Shown: in pieces, positions 12,053 to 23,285 of the stretch
Numbering within the stretch: position 1 is the first letter of the stretch
Layout of the letters: each line of letters opens with the position of its first letter
NCBI RefSeq assembly: GCF_018350175.1
Contig: NC_058368.1
Location: 85,624,001 to 85,688,000, forward strand
Length of the DNA: 64,000 nucleotides
From: Felis catus
Lineage: Eukaryota
Reading direction: 5' to 3'
Position numbers and translations under genes: made by a program
The notes under the pieces: generated by a model
What the model was told of the DNA's origin: nothing
Database searches by the model: none
Seen by the model: only the letters and a program-made list of their open reading frames with translations

Positions 12053-15000
12053 AGACCTCATTTCCCTCAGTGCTGAAGGCTTAGAGCACTATGATCAATA
12101 GACTTGGTGCAAGGGGTTTGCACTGGTCTTCCAGGGAAGGTTTTGCTGCACTTATTCTCAGGTGTACATGCTCTAGTGGAGATGCACCTACAGGGTCAGG
12201 GAGGCAGGTCTTGATGTAAACAGCTCCAATCTCTACTGAGGTGCACTGTGTTGCTCATTGAAGTTGGCCAATGCTGATGGGCTGGGGGATGTGAGGAATG
12301 GCCTCACCCCACTCTCTCCTCTTGGAGCGGGATTGTGTGCCCACCACTCTTCAGGAAGCCCTCACATAATAGCAGACAATCACCACTCTTATGTCTCCAG
12401 CTTCTGTCAGATCCTTGCCTTCACCTTGTTTGTGTCTGAGTTCTCTGCTGCCGGGAAGCACAGTACTCTTGCGTTTTATCTCAGGCATATAACTGGACTT
12501 TAAAACTCCAAATTTTATGGACTCACAGGGCACAGACTTGCCCTATTCTTCTAGGGGAGCATCTCACCATGCTTTTGCAATATGCTAGTTTACCCCAGGA
12601 AAGTGGTCACACAACTGCACATTGGTCAGAGTTTATAGTAAAACATAACAAAAAGCCAGCACTAAGGTTTGTTGCCCTCCGCTGATGTCTCTGCCCTTAT
12701 GGTAATGAATAGGGCAGCACGTTGGCACCATCAGTTCTTTAGACCTGAAGAATCTGTGCCATCACTCCTAAATGCACTCCAGAGGGAGGAATTGTTTCTC
12801 CCCATGAGACCAGATAATCCTAAAATCATGCTGCCCAATCCCACATCTCCACCCTCCATTCACAGAGGAACACTGGTAAACCCATCAGGCATGACACTGG
12901 GTGATGGCGTGTACTTCTAAAACTTCAGACTTTGTGCTCTGCTGCTTATAATAACTTGCAATTGTCTGTCCCTCTCCTTTTCCCACCCAATGGATTATGG
13001 GAAGGATTTTCCTTGTGCAATCCCTGCCTGTTGGTTCACTTTGTCTTTCTCTTTCTTGCTTGTTAGCTCACTCTTCTCTCTGAAATCAAGGACTTCTCCA
13101 TTTTTTTTTTTTTTGCACACACAGTTTTTTTCTCTCCCATATCAACTCTTTGCACCTATTACCTTCAATGAGGTAATCATTTTTTTCTACTTGTAGATGT
13201 GCAGTTTTGTTCTCTCAGTCCTCAGTTTGATTTCTTGTGTGCTCAGAATGATTTGTTATATATCTAGTTGTGTTTGAAGGACCAGGCAAGATAAGAGGAC
13301 TTGCCCTATTCTTCTGTCCTTTCCTTATTTTCTTATCTTTAATTAAGCAGAATTTCAGGCATTTCAGCAAATGAAATTGTATTGTGTCTTGTGTAACTAG
13401 AGTAGGTAGTTTTGGCAAATTACTTTTGTCATGAATGTTTCCCTTAGCCCTAAATTTTCCATTTTCTGAATCTTATTCTACAGGACAGTTGGAAAGATGC
13501 CTCCATATGATAGATGTCTTTTCCCCTTAGCATTTATCAATGCCCTCTAGCTAAACGTTAACAGGAAAACACCTGTAATTGAATGAGTCACGTATATTAC
13601 TCACTACAGTAATGTAAAATAAACATTGTAGGGAATTGTGGAGTGTTTGAATGAGAGGGCATTAAAGGGTACATGAGCAAGAAGACTTTTACTTAATTAT
13701 TGTTAAAAGGAGCTATATTTACTTATTATTGTTGTTGTCGTTGTTGTTATTCTTATTTTGTAACAAGAGCAGGAGAGTTTTTACTTAATTGCTGTTGTCA
13801 TGCACTACATGTAGAAGACATTTCAAGCTTATTTTCCCTCCTTAGTTCTTCAAAGACCCCCATATAGCTGAGGATCTTTTTCTTGCTGTTAACTTGAGGA
13901 AGGTGAAATATTTCTATATTTTGGCTTGTCAAGATTCCTTTCTCAGCTGCCAGGCATCCTGTGATACACAATCTGATTTGCACTAATATGTGTTCCCTTT
14001 TGCAGGCAACATCTCAGAGGAGTTCTTTTGCATGGACCACACTTTAACCTTCAGGAAACATGAGATCTTCACCCAGAAAAGCTCTAAGTGCACAAATCAT
14101 GGAATACAGCACTGCTCCCTCAAGCTACAGAGTAGCTACTGGCTCTTCTCTCATGCTTAATATCCCAGACAGAAGGCAAACAGGTCCACTTATGGACCTT
14201 TAGGTTTCATGAGACAGACTAACGTCTTATTTTTTTTTCCCATAAGTTTTAAGTAAGGGGCAGGCAACCATGCCAGCTCTTAAATTTCTGGGACAGTAAC
14301 TCATAATACACCTACAGTTCTTTCCTAAAACCTCCATGTTCTCTTTTGACTTTCTTAAATAGTCCATGCCCATGAGCAGTTAGGTCCATGTAATCAGATT
14401 CAGGCACCTCCTTTAAAATAACCTATGATGATGGGTTTGGTATTTATTTGGAATAATTCACCTTTTTTTATTAAGGATTTCATTTTAACGCTTCTTTATA
14501 TATTAAATATTTATTATAATAAACCCAAATGATCTGTGAGTGACACAAAGAAAATCCATTTCAGCTCAGCCTTTTATATTACTTCAGCTACTTACCTTTG
14601 CAGTGTAAATTATAACAATTTTGTCACACCTTCATCTGAACCACACAGGTCTTCTACTTTCTCACTCAGGCCCACTCTGTCTGCATTCTGTGTGCTATAT
14701 TGAATTGAATCATTTCCAGCTATGTGTGAGGAAAATTCCATCTTTCATGCATTACTTTCTCAGTGAGAGTTTTCATAATGTCGAAATTGAAATGAACTCA
14801 TTCACTACCATCTGTATCTGGATACCTTTAGCTTTTCACAAGTACTTTGAAATTAATAACTATGTGTCAGTGTTTGCCTGTTTATTGGCAGTGCCAGATA
14901 TGTAGTTACAGTTACAGATAGAAAATCTACAGTGTTGTAGATAATGGATATCTAGAACAGATATATACAGTACCTAACAGGCATTTGTTGAGTAGGTGAG

Positions 15001-15501
15001 TAAATTATACAGTTATATCAAATTAAATTGGAGATTGTGGTAATTTAAACATCAAAATAGCATGGAGATGAAAAGGTAAAGAAATGAGTAGCTAGAAAAC
15101 ATAATTACTTAAAACATGTTATGGACTGAACAGTACATAGTCCAGAACTCTCTTTTCAGAACCATCATGCTCCTCTCAGTTTAAGCAAAATCGATAAAGT
15201 ATGGACTCCAGCCAATATCCTGATGATGTGGAGTAGAGTCTATGTTCTCTTCCATGTCTAAATATGAATGAAGGAGAAATCATACCCATTAGGGATCACT
15301 TAAGAATTAAAATTCCTTTACCACTTGGACGTGTAGAAACTTTCTTTGGGTATTATATTTACATTCTGTTGACTTGATTTATTATCAAGTAAATTCTACA
15401 GCATGTAATTCAAATCAAATAATTGTTGTCCATTAAGAAATAGACATTGGAAATTGAAATGATAAAAATTTATAAATTATGACATCAAAATTATTTTTAG
15501 A

Positions 15502-15507
15502 TTTATT
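15502..15507 (-). promoter_or_regulatory. Candidate polyadenylation signal of the B30.2 gene
   Basis: AATAAA on the minus strand about 120 nt after the restored stop. The context is AT-rich, so evidence is weak. Confidence 0.3.
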
Positions 15508-15627
15508 TAAAGGAATTCATCATTTGAATAATTCTAAAATAAAACAAATATATATCTAAATTTAATATTTACAAATTAGGTACATAAGTACCAAGTTTCA
15601 GCAGATTCAAAATAGGACCATTTTTCC

Positions 15628-16192
15628 TCAGTCACAAAGAAGATCTTCTTCCTGGCATTTTATTACTGGCAGAATGGCTAGAGGATGCCCATTTAGACCA
15701 CTGTAGAGGAGGCCAGGACAAAAGTATGGCCTCAGGGCCTCTGTGAAGCAGTTTTTATAGGTGTAGATATGAGACAGGTTGGTCACATTATAAAAGGGAC
15801 TCTTCCAGCCTCATAGTCCAGGAAGATACCAATAATCTCAGGAGATTCCTCAAGGTGGATTGTTAACCATGGATTTGCAAGAGCTTGGTGGCCATTACTT
15901 CTCTTCAAGCACAGTGTCCAGAATCCAGTCTCTGGGGATAGCATGATTTCTCCCTGTCTACAGACAGAATCCTTACAAATACCGATAGTCCATTTTATTT
16001 TATTTTTCACACTCACTTCCCAGTAGTGTCTACCTCTGAAAAAACATTGCTGACCTAATACACACACCAGTTTCTCAAACCGCTGCCTACATTTGGGTAG
16101 TTCCTGAAAGACATCACCTCCTTTTGCTCTTTTGTTGTCTTCATCAATTTGGAGATATGGGTGACCTGTGTCTGGATCCAGGGTAACATTTT
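15628..16192 (-). pseudogene. B30.2 (PRY-SPRY) terminal exon with a 1-bp frameshift near 15796
   Basis: Acceptor ttccatag| is followed by NVTLDPDTGHPYL...RFEKLVCVLG...GRHYWEVSV...WTIGIC...PETGFWTL...IGIFLDYEAGRV. After the frameshift the alternative frame reads FYNVTNLSHIYTYKNCFTEALRPYFCPGLLYSGLNGHPLAILPVIKCQEEDLLCD* (TGA at 15628-15630). The LDP, WEV, LDYE and RPYF motifs are all present. Confidence 0.93.
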
Positions 16193-16454
16193 CTATGGAA
16201 GAACATGTTATTAGTTTTGGCTATGATCAACAATATCAACAATAATTAACACAACATACAACTGCCCTTCCTCCAAATAGGAAATTTCTCTAGCTTTCCT
16301 GAAATGAAGTAGCTCCTTTACCTCAGAGAATGATCTTTGTAGTTACTCAAGCACTTGAGAACTTGATAAGAGAATTTGTCCAGAATGGAAAAAATTAGTT
16401 TCTAAACACACATTTTCTCATCAAAATAATTTTGAATGTGGCCAATTTCACACT

Positions 16455-16635
16455 GCACACTTGTTATGTGCCTTGTGCTGTTTGAAGCATATTTATAAAT
16501 AATTTTCATAACAATGCAATGAAATGGAAAGATATATGTATTTTGTAGTTAAGACAACAAACATTTAGGGAAGTTTATCTAACCATAATTACTAATATAC
16601 ATCAATGTTTGGATTGAAGTCCAGATCTGATTCAA
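16455..16635 (-). mobile_element. Probable MIR relic
   Basis: Degenerate MIR-like phrases (cacttgttatgtgcc...cataacaatgcaatga...ggattgaagtccagatctgattc). Confidence 0.45.
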
Positions 16636-17886
16636 TTTGTGAATTAATGAAAAACAATTATACATATTTTCTTTAAATCTGAATGCTTTGACAATTTAAA
16701 ATTTTTCCTAAATGACCCTATGAAATTTAACCAGACTTACTGAATTACTTTTCCTAAAAGTTTATTCATGTTGATAGAAATTTTCACAGATATGTGAATC
16801 CAAAAATAATTTTTAAAATGTTGAAAGCATATAAACACACAAGCCAGATGTAAAAATGATCCAAACATTTACCCAATTACATAGGATTCTATTAATACAG
16901 GCTAGAAGTGTTTCTGTGATGAATTAACTTCTAATAGTTGTACGTAAAACTAAATTTTACTGGTATTAGTGTAACCACAAAGAAAATTCCACTAGTATTA
17001 ATGTAATATAAAATAACCAAAGACTTATATGTTAGCATTGTAAATATAGGATTATGTGCCCTTAAAGCCACTGCAACTCACTTACTCATGGGCATTTTTT
17101 GAAAGCAATATATGATATCTAGGCTATACTTTTTTTTTCAGTTAGTAAATTTGTTTCTAAAGTTGTCTAATAAATGTGAATATTATGTCAATTAGTTATA
17201 TAAACTGGAGAAATCTCCTAAGAATACTTACCATACATGTCTTTGTAAAAACAGTGTATTATGCCCTGACTTTCTTCCTCAAAGTGTATTTGTGGTAATC
17301 AAATGAAAATACTTTATTTGAAATAATTCATACAAAGCTGTAAAATGTAACACAAATTGTTCTTGTTCCTAATATTAAACAGAGGTCCTAAATTTGACAA
17401 TTTGTTAGAAGTCAAAAGATATCCTAAAGGAGGTAGGAATTTTCAATTTGATAAAGTAAATGAAGGACAACGGATTGTGATCCATAGGCAATTACTATCA
17501 TTGTGTCACTAGCCTCCATCCTAACATAGATGAGTGGCAACCTGCCCTTACCCCATTCCCTGTCAGCTGCCCCCAAAACCATTCCATTCCCCAACTCATT
17601 TCTGGTTCTAAAAAGCACATTTGATGATATCATTTAAGGCTATAATATTTTGCTTCTCTCCATCACTGTATCTCAGAGAGCAGAACCATTTGTGATTTGT
17701 AAGGAGTTATAGCTATAAAGTACCCAACAATAAAGATGACAAAATGGAAATTTTGGAGAAAAAAAAAGGGATTTGTGTGTGTCTTCAGTGTGAGTTTGTG
17801 AGTGTGTTACAGTTTCCCTTGTCTGATGGTCTAGTGTCCTGGCCAAAACGAAGTATCAATATCCAAATATTTCAGTGTGTAGTTAC

Positions 17887-17913
17887 CTGCATAGTGTCGA
17901 GCAAATTTCAATC
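17887..17913 (-). CDS. 27-nt micro-exon preceding B30.2 (GLKFARHYA)
   Basis: Minus strand reads attag|GATTGAAATTTGCTCGACACTATGCAG|gtaact. It is phase 1, in frame with the B30.2 exon, and resembles the xW(R/K)xAxLHA-type exon of butyrophilins. Confidence 0.85.
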
Positions 17914-17915
17914 CT

Positions 17916-17916
<1 letters not shown>

Positions 17917-17943
<27 letters not shown>
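17917..17943. repeat. (TA)n microsatellite abutting a splice acceptor
   Basis: Directly visible. Confidence 0.95.
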
Positions 17944-17946
<3 letters not shown>

Positions 17947-18052
17947 GTAGTTTTGAAATTAAGAATTATCAGTGAATAAAACAGGACAGAGATGAGTGGT
18001 CAAAAGGCAAGTGCATGAGTCAGGGCTAGAGGTGGCCATTTTCATTACTCAC

Positions 18053-18079
18053 CTTCTTCTCCCAGGAGTTTTATCCTTT
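18053..18079 (-). CDS. 27-nt micro-exon (ERIKLLGEE)
   Basis: Minus strand reads cattctttcag|AAAGGATAAAACTCCTGGGAGAAGAAG|gtgagt, with a 139-nt intron to the next exon. Confidence 0.85.
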
Positions 18080-18180
18080 CTGAAAGAATGGGATGTAGTG
18101 AGGTATTGCTTTGAAATATAAATACATTTCTTTTTAAAAATATATTTAAATTCCTATCTTTACAGAGTAATTTTACTTAC

Positions 18181-18201
18181 CAAAATTTTCATGAAGTTTT
18201 C
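18181..18201 (-). CDS. 21-nt heptad micro-exon (GKLHENF)
   Basis: Minus strand reads tttgcattttag|GAAAACTTCATGAAAATTTTG|gtaagt, with a 101-nt intron to the next exon. Confidence 0.85.
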
Positions 18202-18657
18202 CTAAAATGCAAACAGTGACAAATCCTTGTGAGAATTTTTTAGGACTTGTTAACTAGACTCTTTTTCTAATTCTTACACATGTAAATCTTTGGTGTAAGG
18301 AAAAAAAAAGAATAGACAATTGTTGGATTTAAGTTACAGAGTTGGAAAATAAATAATGGTTAAAAAGATTTCCATTTGTTTTGTTTTAACATAATTCAAA
18401 CGATCATAATGCAAATTGTTATCCAGAAATAACCTCTCCCAGGTGTTTCCATTAAGCATATCGACTTCTACAGACTTCCCCAACCAAAAAGTATAAATAT
18501 TGAGAAGCTAGCACTGAAAGCAACGGTGAGATTTGGATATAATTTCTGATTCTCTGCACCTGAAGAATTAAAAACTAAATGAAGCTATTTCTGCTATAAC
18601 GTTTGTTTTGAAATTGCGAATTTGTCCCAATATGAATAACATATTAAGAAGGAATTT

Positions 18658-18860
18658 GGGGTGCCTGGGTGGCTCAGTTGGTTGAGCGACCGACTTCAGC
18701 TCAGGTCATGATTTCATGGTTTGTGAGTTCAAGTTCCACGTCAGGCTCTGTGCTGACAGCTTGGAGCCTGCTTTGGATTCTGTGTCTCCCCCTCTCTCTG
18801 CCCCTCCCCTTCTCATGCTCTGTGTGTGTCTCTCTCTCAATAATAAATAAACGTTAAAAA
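18658..18860 (+). mobile_element. Can-SINE
   Basis: GGGGTGCCTGGGTGGCTCAG-type head. TSD AAGAAGGAATTT at 18646-18657 and 18861-18872. Confidence 0.95.
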
Positions 18861-18984
18861 AAGAAGGAATTTGAGTATGCTATGAATTTTGCGTTTGTTT
18901 ATGTGTGATTTTGTGAGGTAGAAAGTTGTACCCAATTGAGTCTAGAGGTATAGAAATGCATACAATATATAAGCATGCAAAAAT

Positions 18985-19017
<33 letters not shown>

Positions 19018-19084
19018 TTTGCACACATCTTAAAAAGACACTGGGATATACCCATCTGCATCTTATAATAAAACTTTCTGTCCT

Positions 19085-19309
19085 GGGGCATCTGGGTGGC
19101 TCAGGTGGTTTAAACTCCAACTTTGGCTCAGGTCGTAAACTCGTGGTTCATGAGTTTGAGAATTGCATCGGGCTCAGTGCTGAAAGCTCAGGGCTTGGAT
19201 CCTGCTTGGGATTCTATGTCTTCCTTTCTCAATGCCCCTCCCCCCTTCTCTCTCTCTCTCTCTCTCTCTCTCAAAACATAAATAAAAAAAATAAATACGT
19301 AAAAAAAAA
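19085..19309 (+). mobile_element. Can-SINE (diverged)
   Basis: Head ggggcatctgggtggctcag, (CT)n and A-rich tail. Confidence 0.9.
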
Positions 19310-19671
19310 TCTTTATATCCTGCCACATTCACAGTAACTCCAAGCTGTCACCCTCACCAATGCCACCCTCACCAATCCATATTTCTTTTCTGCTATTTTT
19401 TTTATCTTATTTCTATTTTCCCTCATCATTATCTTTTTTTTTTTATTCTCTTCCTTTGCACAAATTTTTGGGCTTGGAGGTGGAGGTAGTGGAAGTACAT
19501 GCTGCTGTGTGTAAACTTTAGTTTCTCTCAAGGTAAAGTGAAATATTACTTTAGTATGTAGGTATTTTCTAAAAATTTAACAAGTATAAAATTTTATAAC
19601 AATTTTATGAGTTTCTATATTTTGAAAAAATGCCACCAAGAAGGTTTTGGACTTCCATGCCCTTAATGTCA

Positions 19672-19954
19672 TGTTATAAAATGAATTTCTTTCTACAAAA
19701 TTCATATGTTAAATTCCAAAACCCAATGTAATATTTGGAAGTGGAGACTTTGGAAAGTAATTAAGTCATTACAATGGAACCCTCATGAATAGGATTAGTC
19801 CCTCATAAGAAGAGGCATGAGTATTTGTTCTTGCTCTCAACTTTCAGTCATGTGAAAGAACAGTGAGAACACGGCCATTTGCAAACCAGGGAGTGGACTC
19901 TTAGACACCAGATCTTCTGGTGCTTTGACCTTATATTTCCCAACTTCTAGAATT
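19672..19954 (+). mobile_element. MaLR LTR fragment (MLT1A-like)
   Basis: Recognisable phrases aaaattcatatgtt...ccctcatgaataggattagt...taagaagag...acaccagatct...ttgaccttatatttccca. Confidence 0.7.
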
Positions 19955-21414
19955 CAACAAAATCAACATATAAAAATCCACAAAATCAATCATACCAAAA
20001 GGAGGAAATATTTACATGTTGGAGAACAAGAAGATGGAGGCACCATAAGAATGTACTGAAGGAAAGGGATGGAGCAATAAGAAATTGAAAACAGTTTCAT
20101 TCCTAGGATGGAAGGCCACTGGGACTGCACATTCTCTTCAGAAGGACATCATACCAGCACCAGGCCTGAGATAAGAATGTTTTGTCTGGCATCAGATGCA
20201 CTCATGAGCCAGTATGGAATACACTGCAGGTACATGACCTGTCAATATGCCAAATACTATGTTGTATGTGCTTGCTGCTATCAGACAAATTGCAAAAATA
20301 AAAAAGGTTTGATCCAGGACCCAGTGCTTAGGCTCCTGGAGAGTCTTAGCCCCCTGATTTGTAATTCTCTCATCATCACACCTTTAGGACCTGTCTCTCT
20401 ACATTTGCAAATCCTCATAAAAGAGTTAATAATCAAAATTTATAAAGAACATACACAATAAGAAAAGCAAACTATAACCAAATTATATCTCTATCAGGTG
20501 TGATCCGTGTAATTGTAAGACATTATCTTAAATTAAGATGATGCTGTTATCTACAACTTGATGGATAAATGAGCTAATTTGAAAAAAAAATCCAAAATTC
20601 TGCATTCAGCATGTGGTATTTAACTTATCTGACATGTCCACAAATAACATTACTTTTCATTACTTTTCATTCATGACATTCTTAATTTAATTGCAAACAT
20701 TTCCTACTTATCTACATTTTCATTGATACTATTCTTTAGACCAAGCACTATTTTCATTGTGATGAATATGACACAGTCTCTCTACCCACAGAGGCTTTGA
20801 CAGGACGCCTGCCAACTGAAACATCATTGTAAAATCAAGGTGTTATAAGAGAATGAAAGGGTCACCAGAGGTATTTCTGCTGACTTTCAGAGGGGTTATA
20901 ATCTATGTGTTTAACTATAGACATCATTTGTTACAAAAATATGTGTATTAATTTATTTTTAAAAAGATTATATATATATATATATATATACCATCAGGTT
21001 TCCATTACCCAGCTACAACTCCTTTAAAATATATTTACATATTTTCAATATCTGAATATCCAAATATTTTACCCCACAATAACAAAAAGAATATCTAATA
21101 CATGTTTTTTCCATAATGTGTTCTATTCTTTTCAAAATTAATTGTAATATTTTCTATGAAAATAAATATTCTTCTATTGCATATTTGAGTGAAGAATGGT
21201 TTTCTTTCTTGCAAATGACATTTAATAAACTAGTTCTTTTAGGATTATTGATAATTCCTTCAATCTGATAAAAGAACACACACAAAAAAACAACCTAACT
21301 ATTGTTCATTTATAAATCCAGCCCAGATTTGATCCTACAGAAAGAAAATAAAAAACTTGAAGGCAGAAAAATGATTATGAGTCAAAAAACAGTTAAAGTA
21401 AAAGTGCAGTTTGT

Positions 21415-22344
21415 GAAGGAGGAGGGAAGATGGCGGCGTAGGAGGACGCTGGGCTCACCGCACGTCCTGCTGATCACTTAGATTCCACCTACACCTGCCT
21501 AAATAACCCAGAAAACCGCCAGAGGATTAGCAGAACGGAGTCTCCAGAGCCAAGCACGGACGAGAGGCCCACGGAAGAGTGTAGGAAGGGCGGCGAGGCG
21601 GTGCGCGCTCCATGGACTGGCGGGAGGGAGCCGGGGTGGAGGGGCAGCTCGCTGGCCAAGCAGAGCCCCCGAGTCTGGCTTGCAAAAGCAGAGGGGCCTG
21701 ACGGACTGTGTTCCCACAACAAGCGGGACTTAGCTTCTGGGAGGTCATAAGTTAACAGCTCTGCTCCAAAAGCGGGAAGGCTGGAGGACAAAGGGAGGGA
21801 GAGCTGCTGAGTCCCCCGATGACAGAGCTCAGTTTGGTGGAAAACAAAGGTGCTCGCCAGCGCCATCTTCCCCACCCATCCCCCAGCCAAAATCCCAAAG
21901 AGAACCAGTTCCTTCCAGGGAACTTGCTCGCTCCCTGCAAACACCCAACTCTGCGCTTCTGCAGAGCCAAACCTCCCGCAGCGGATCTGACTCCCTTCTG
22001 CTGCCACAGGGCCCCTCCTGAAGTGGATCACCTAAGGAGAAGCGAGCTAAGCCTGCCCCTCCTGCCCCCGTGCACCTTGCCTACCCACCCCAGCTAATAC
22101 GCCAGATCCCCAGCATCACAAGCCTGGCAGTGTGCAAGTAGCCCAGACGGGCCACGCCACCCCACAGTGAATCCCGCCCCTAGGAGAGGGGAAGAGAAGG
22201 CACACACCAGTCTGACTGTGGCCCCAGCGGTGGGCTGGGGGCAGACATCAGGTCTGACTACAGCCCCGCCCACCAACTCCAGTTATACACCACAGCACAG
22301 GGGAAGTGCCCTGCAGGTCCTCACCATGCCAGGGACTATCCAAA
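21415..22344 (+). promoter_or_regulatory. L1 5' UTR internal promoter, CpG-rich, with a YY1-type motif
   Basis: AAGATGGCGG at 21427-21436. GC and CpG content are far above the flanks. Confidence 0.8.
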
Positions 22345-23235
22345 ATGACCAAGCGGAAGAATTCCCCTCAGAAGAATCTCCAGGAAATAACAACAGCTAA
22401 TGAGCTGATCAAAAAGGATTTAATAATATAACAGAAAGTGAATTTAGAATAATAGTCATAAAATTAATCACTGGGCTTGAAAACAGTATACAGGACAGCA
22501 GAGAATCTCTTGCTACAGAGATCAAGGGACTAAGGCGCAGTCACCAGGAGCTGAAAAACGCTTTAAACGAAATGCATAACAAAATGGAAACCACCACGGC
22601 TCGGACTGAAGAGGCAGAGGAGAGAATAGGTAAACTAGAAGATAAAGTTATGGAAAAAGAGGAAGCTGAGAAAAAGAGAGATAAAAAATCCAGGAGTATG
22701 AGGGGAAAATTAGAGAACTAAGTGATACACTAAAAAGAAATAATATACGCATAATTGGTATCCCAGAGGAGGAAGAGAGAGGGAAAGGTGCTGAAGGGTA
22801 CTTGAAGAAATAATAGCTGAGAACTTCCCTGAACTGGGGAAGGAAAAAGGCATTGAAATCCAAGAGGCACAGAGAACTCCCTTCAGACGTAACTTGAATC
22901 AATCTTCTGCACGACATATCATAGTGAAACTGGCAAAATACAAGGATAAAGAGAAAATTCTGAAAGCAGCAAGGAGTAAACGTGCCCTCACATATAAAGG
23001 GAGACCTATAAGACTCGTGACTGATCTCTCTTTTGAAACTTGGCAGGCCAGAAAGAATTGGCATGAGATTTTCAGGGTGCTAGACAGAAAAAATATGCAG
23101 CCAAGAATCCTTTATCCAGCAAGTCTGTCATTTAGAATAGAAGGAGAGATAAAGGTTTTCCCAAACAAACAAAAACTGAAGGAATTTGTCACCACTAAAC
23201 CAGCCCTACAAGAGATCCTAAGGGGGACCCTGTGA
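22345..23235 (+). pseudogene. L1 ORF1p, frameshifted
   Basis: ATG at 22345 (MTKRKNSPQKN...). C-terminal fragment RHIIVKL...QPRILYPASLSF...LKEFVTTKPALQEIL. No continuous ORF. Confidence 0.92.
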
Positions 23236-23285
23236 GACAAAGTACCAGAGACATCACTACAAGCATAAAACATACAGACATCACA

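Larger units (their letters stand above)
5690..13325 (-). mobile_element. Degenerate carnivore L1 (ORF2 N-terminus, ORF1, 5' UTR) hosting nested insertions
   Basis: ORF2 endonuclease-like peptides (ILISDNLDFKPKTI). ORF1 remnants at 7300-8084 resume at 11161 (LSELSDSLDCNKISVIGI), and a UTR-like region runs to ~13325. Confidence 0.8.

Noticed and set aside
13540..14390. Possible old LTR/ERV fragment
   Set aside because: Composition is suggestive, but I could not define termini, a TSD or a family.
15628..16192. TRIM-family assignment or a specific gene symbol for the B30.2 exon
   Set aside because: No RING, B-box or long coiled-coil exons were seen, and the run of 21-nt exons fits butyrophilins better. 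The paralogue cannot be named without a search.
17232..17337. Candidate 106-nt exon (ttttacag|...|gtaagt) on minus between the micro-exons and B30.2
   Set aside because: It has stops in all three frames, is not a multiple of 3, and is not needed because 17887 splices in frame to 16192.
18658..18740. tRNA-like A/B-box sequences at SINE heads
   Set aside because: These are the tRNA-derived heads of Can-SINEs, followed by (CT)n, an A tail and TSDs; they are not tRNA genes.
21489..22031. 180-aa antisense ORF in the L1 5' UTR as a real gene
   Set aside because: It starts at GTG in GC-rich sequence where stops are rare and has no recognisable domain. It is kept only as part of the speculative antisense-promoter finding.
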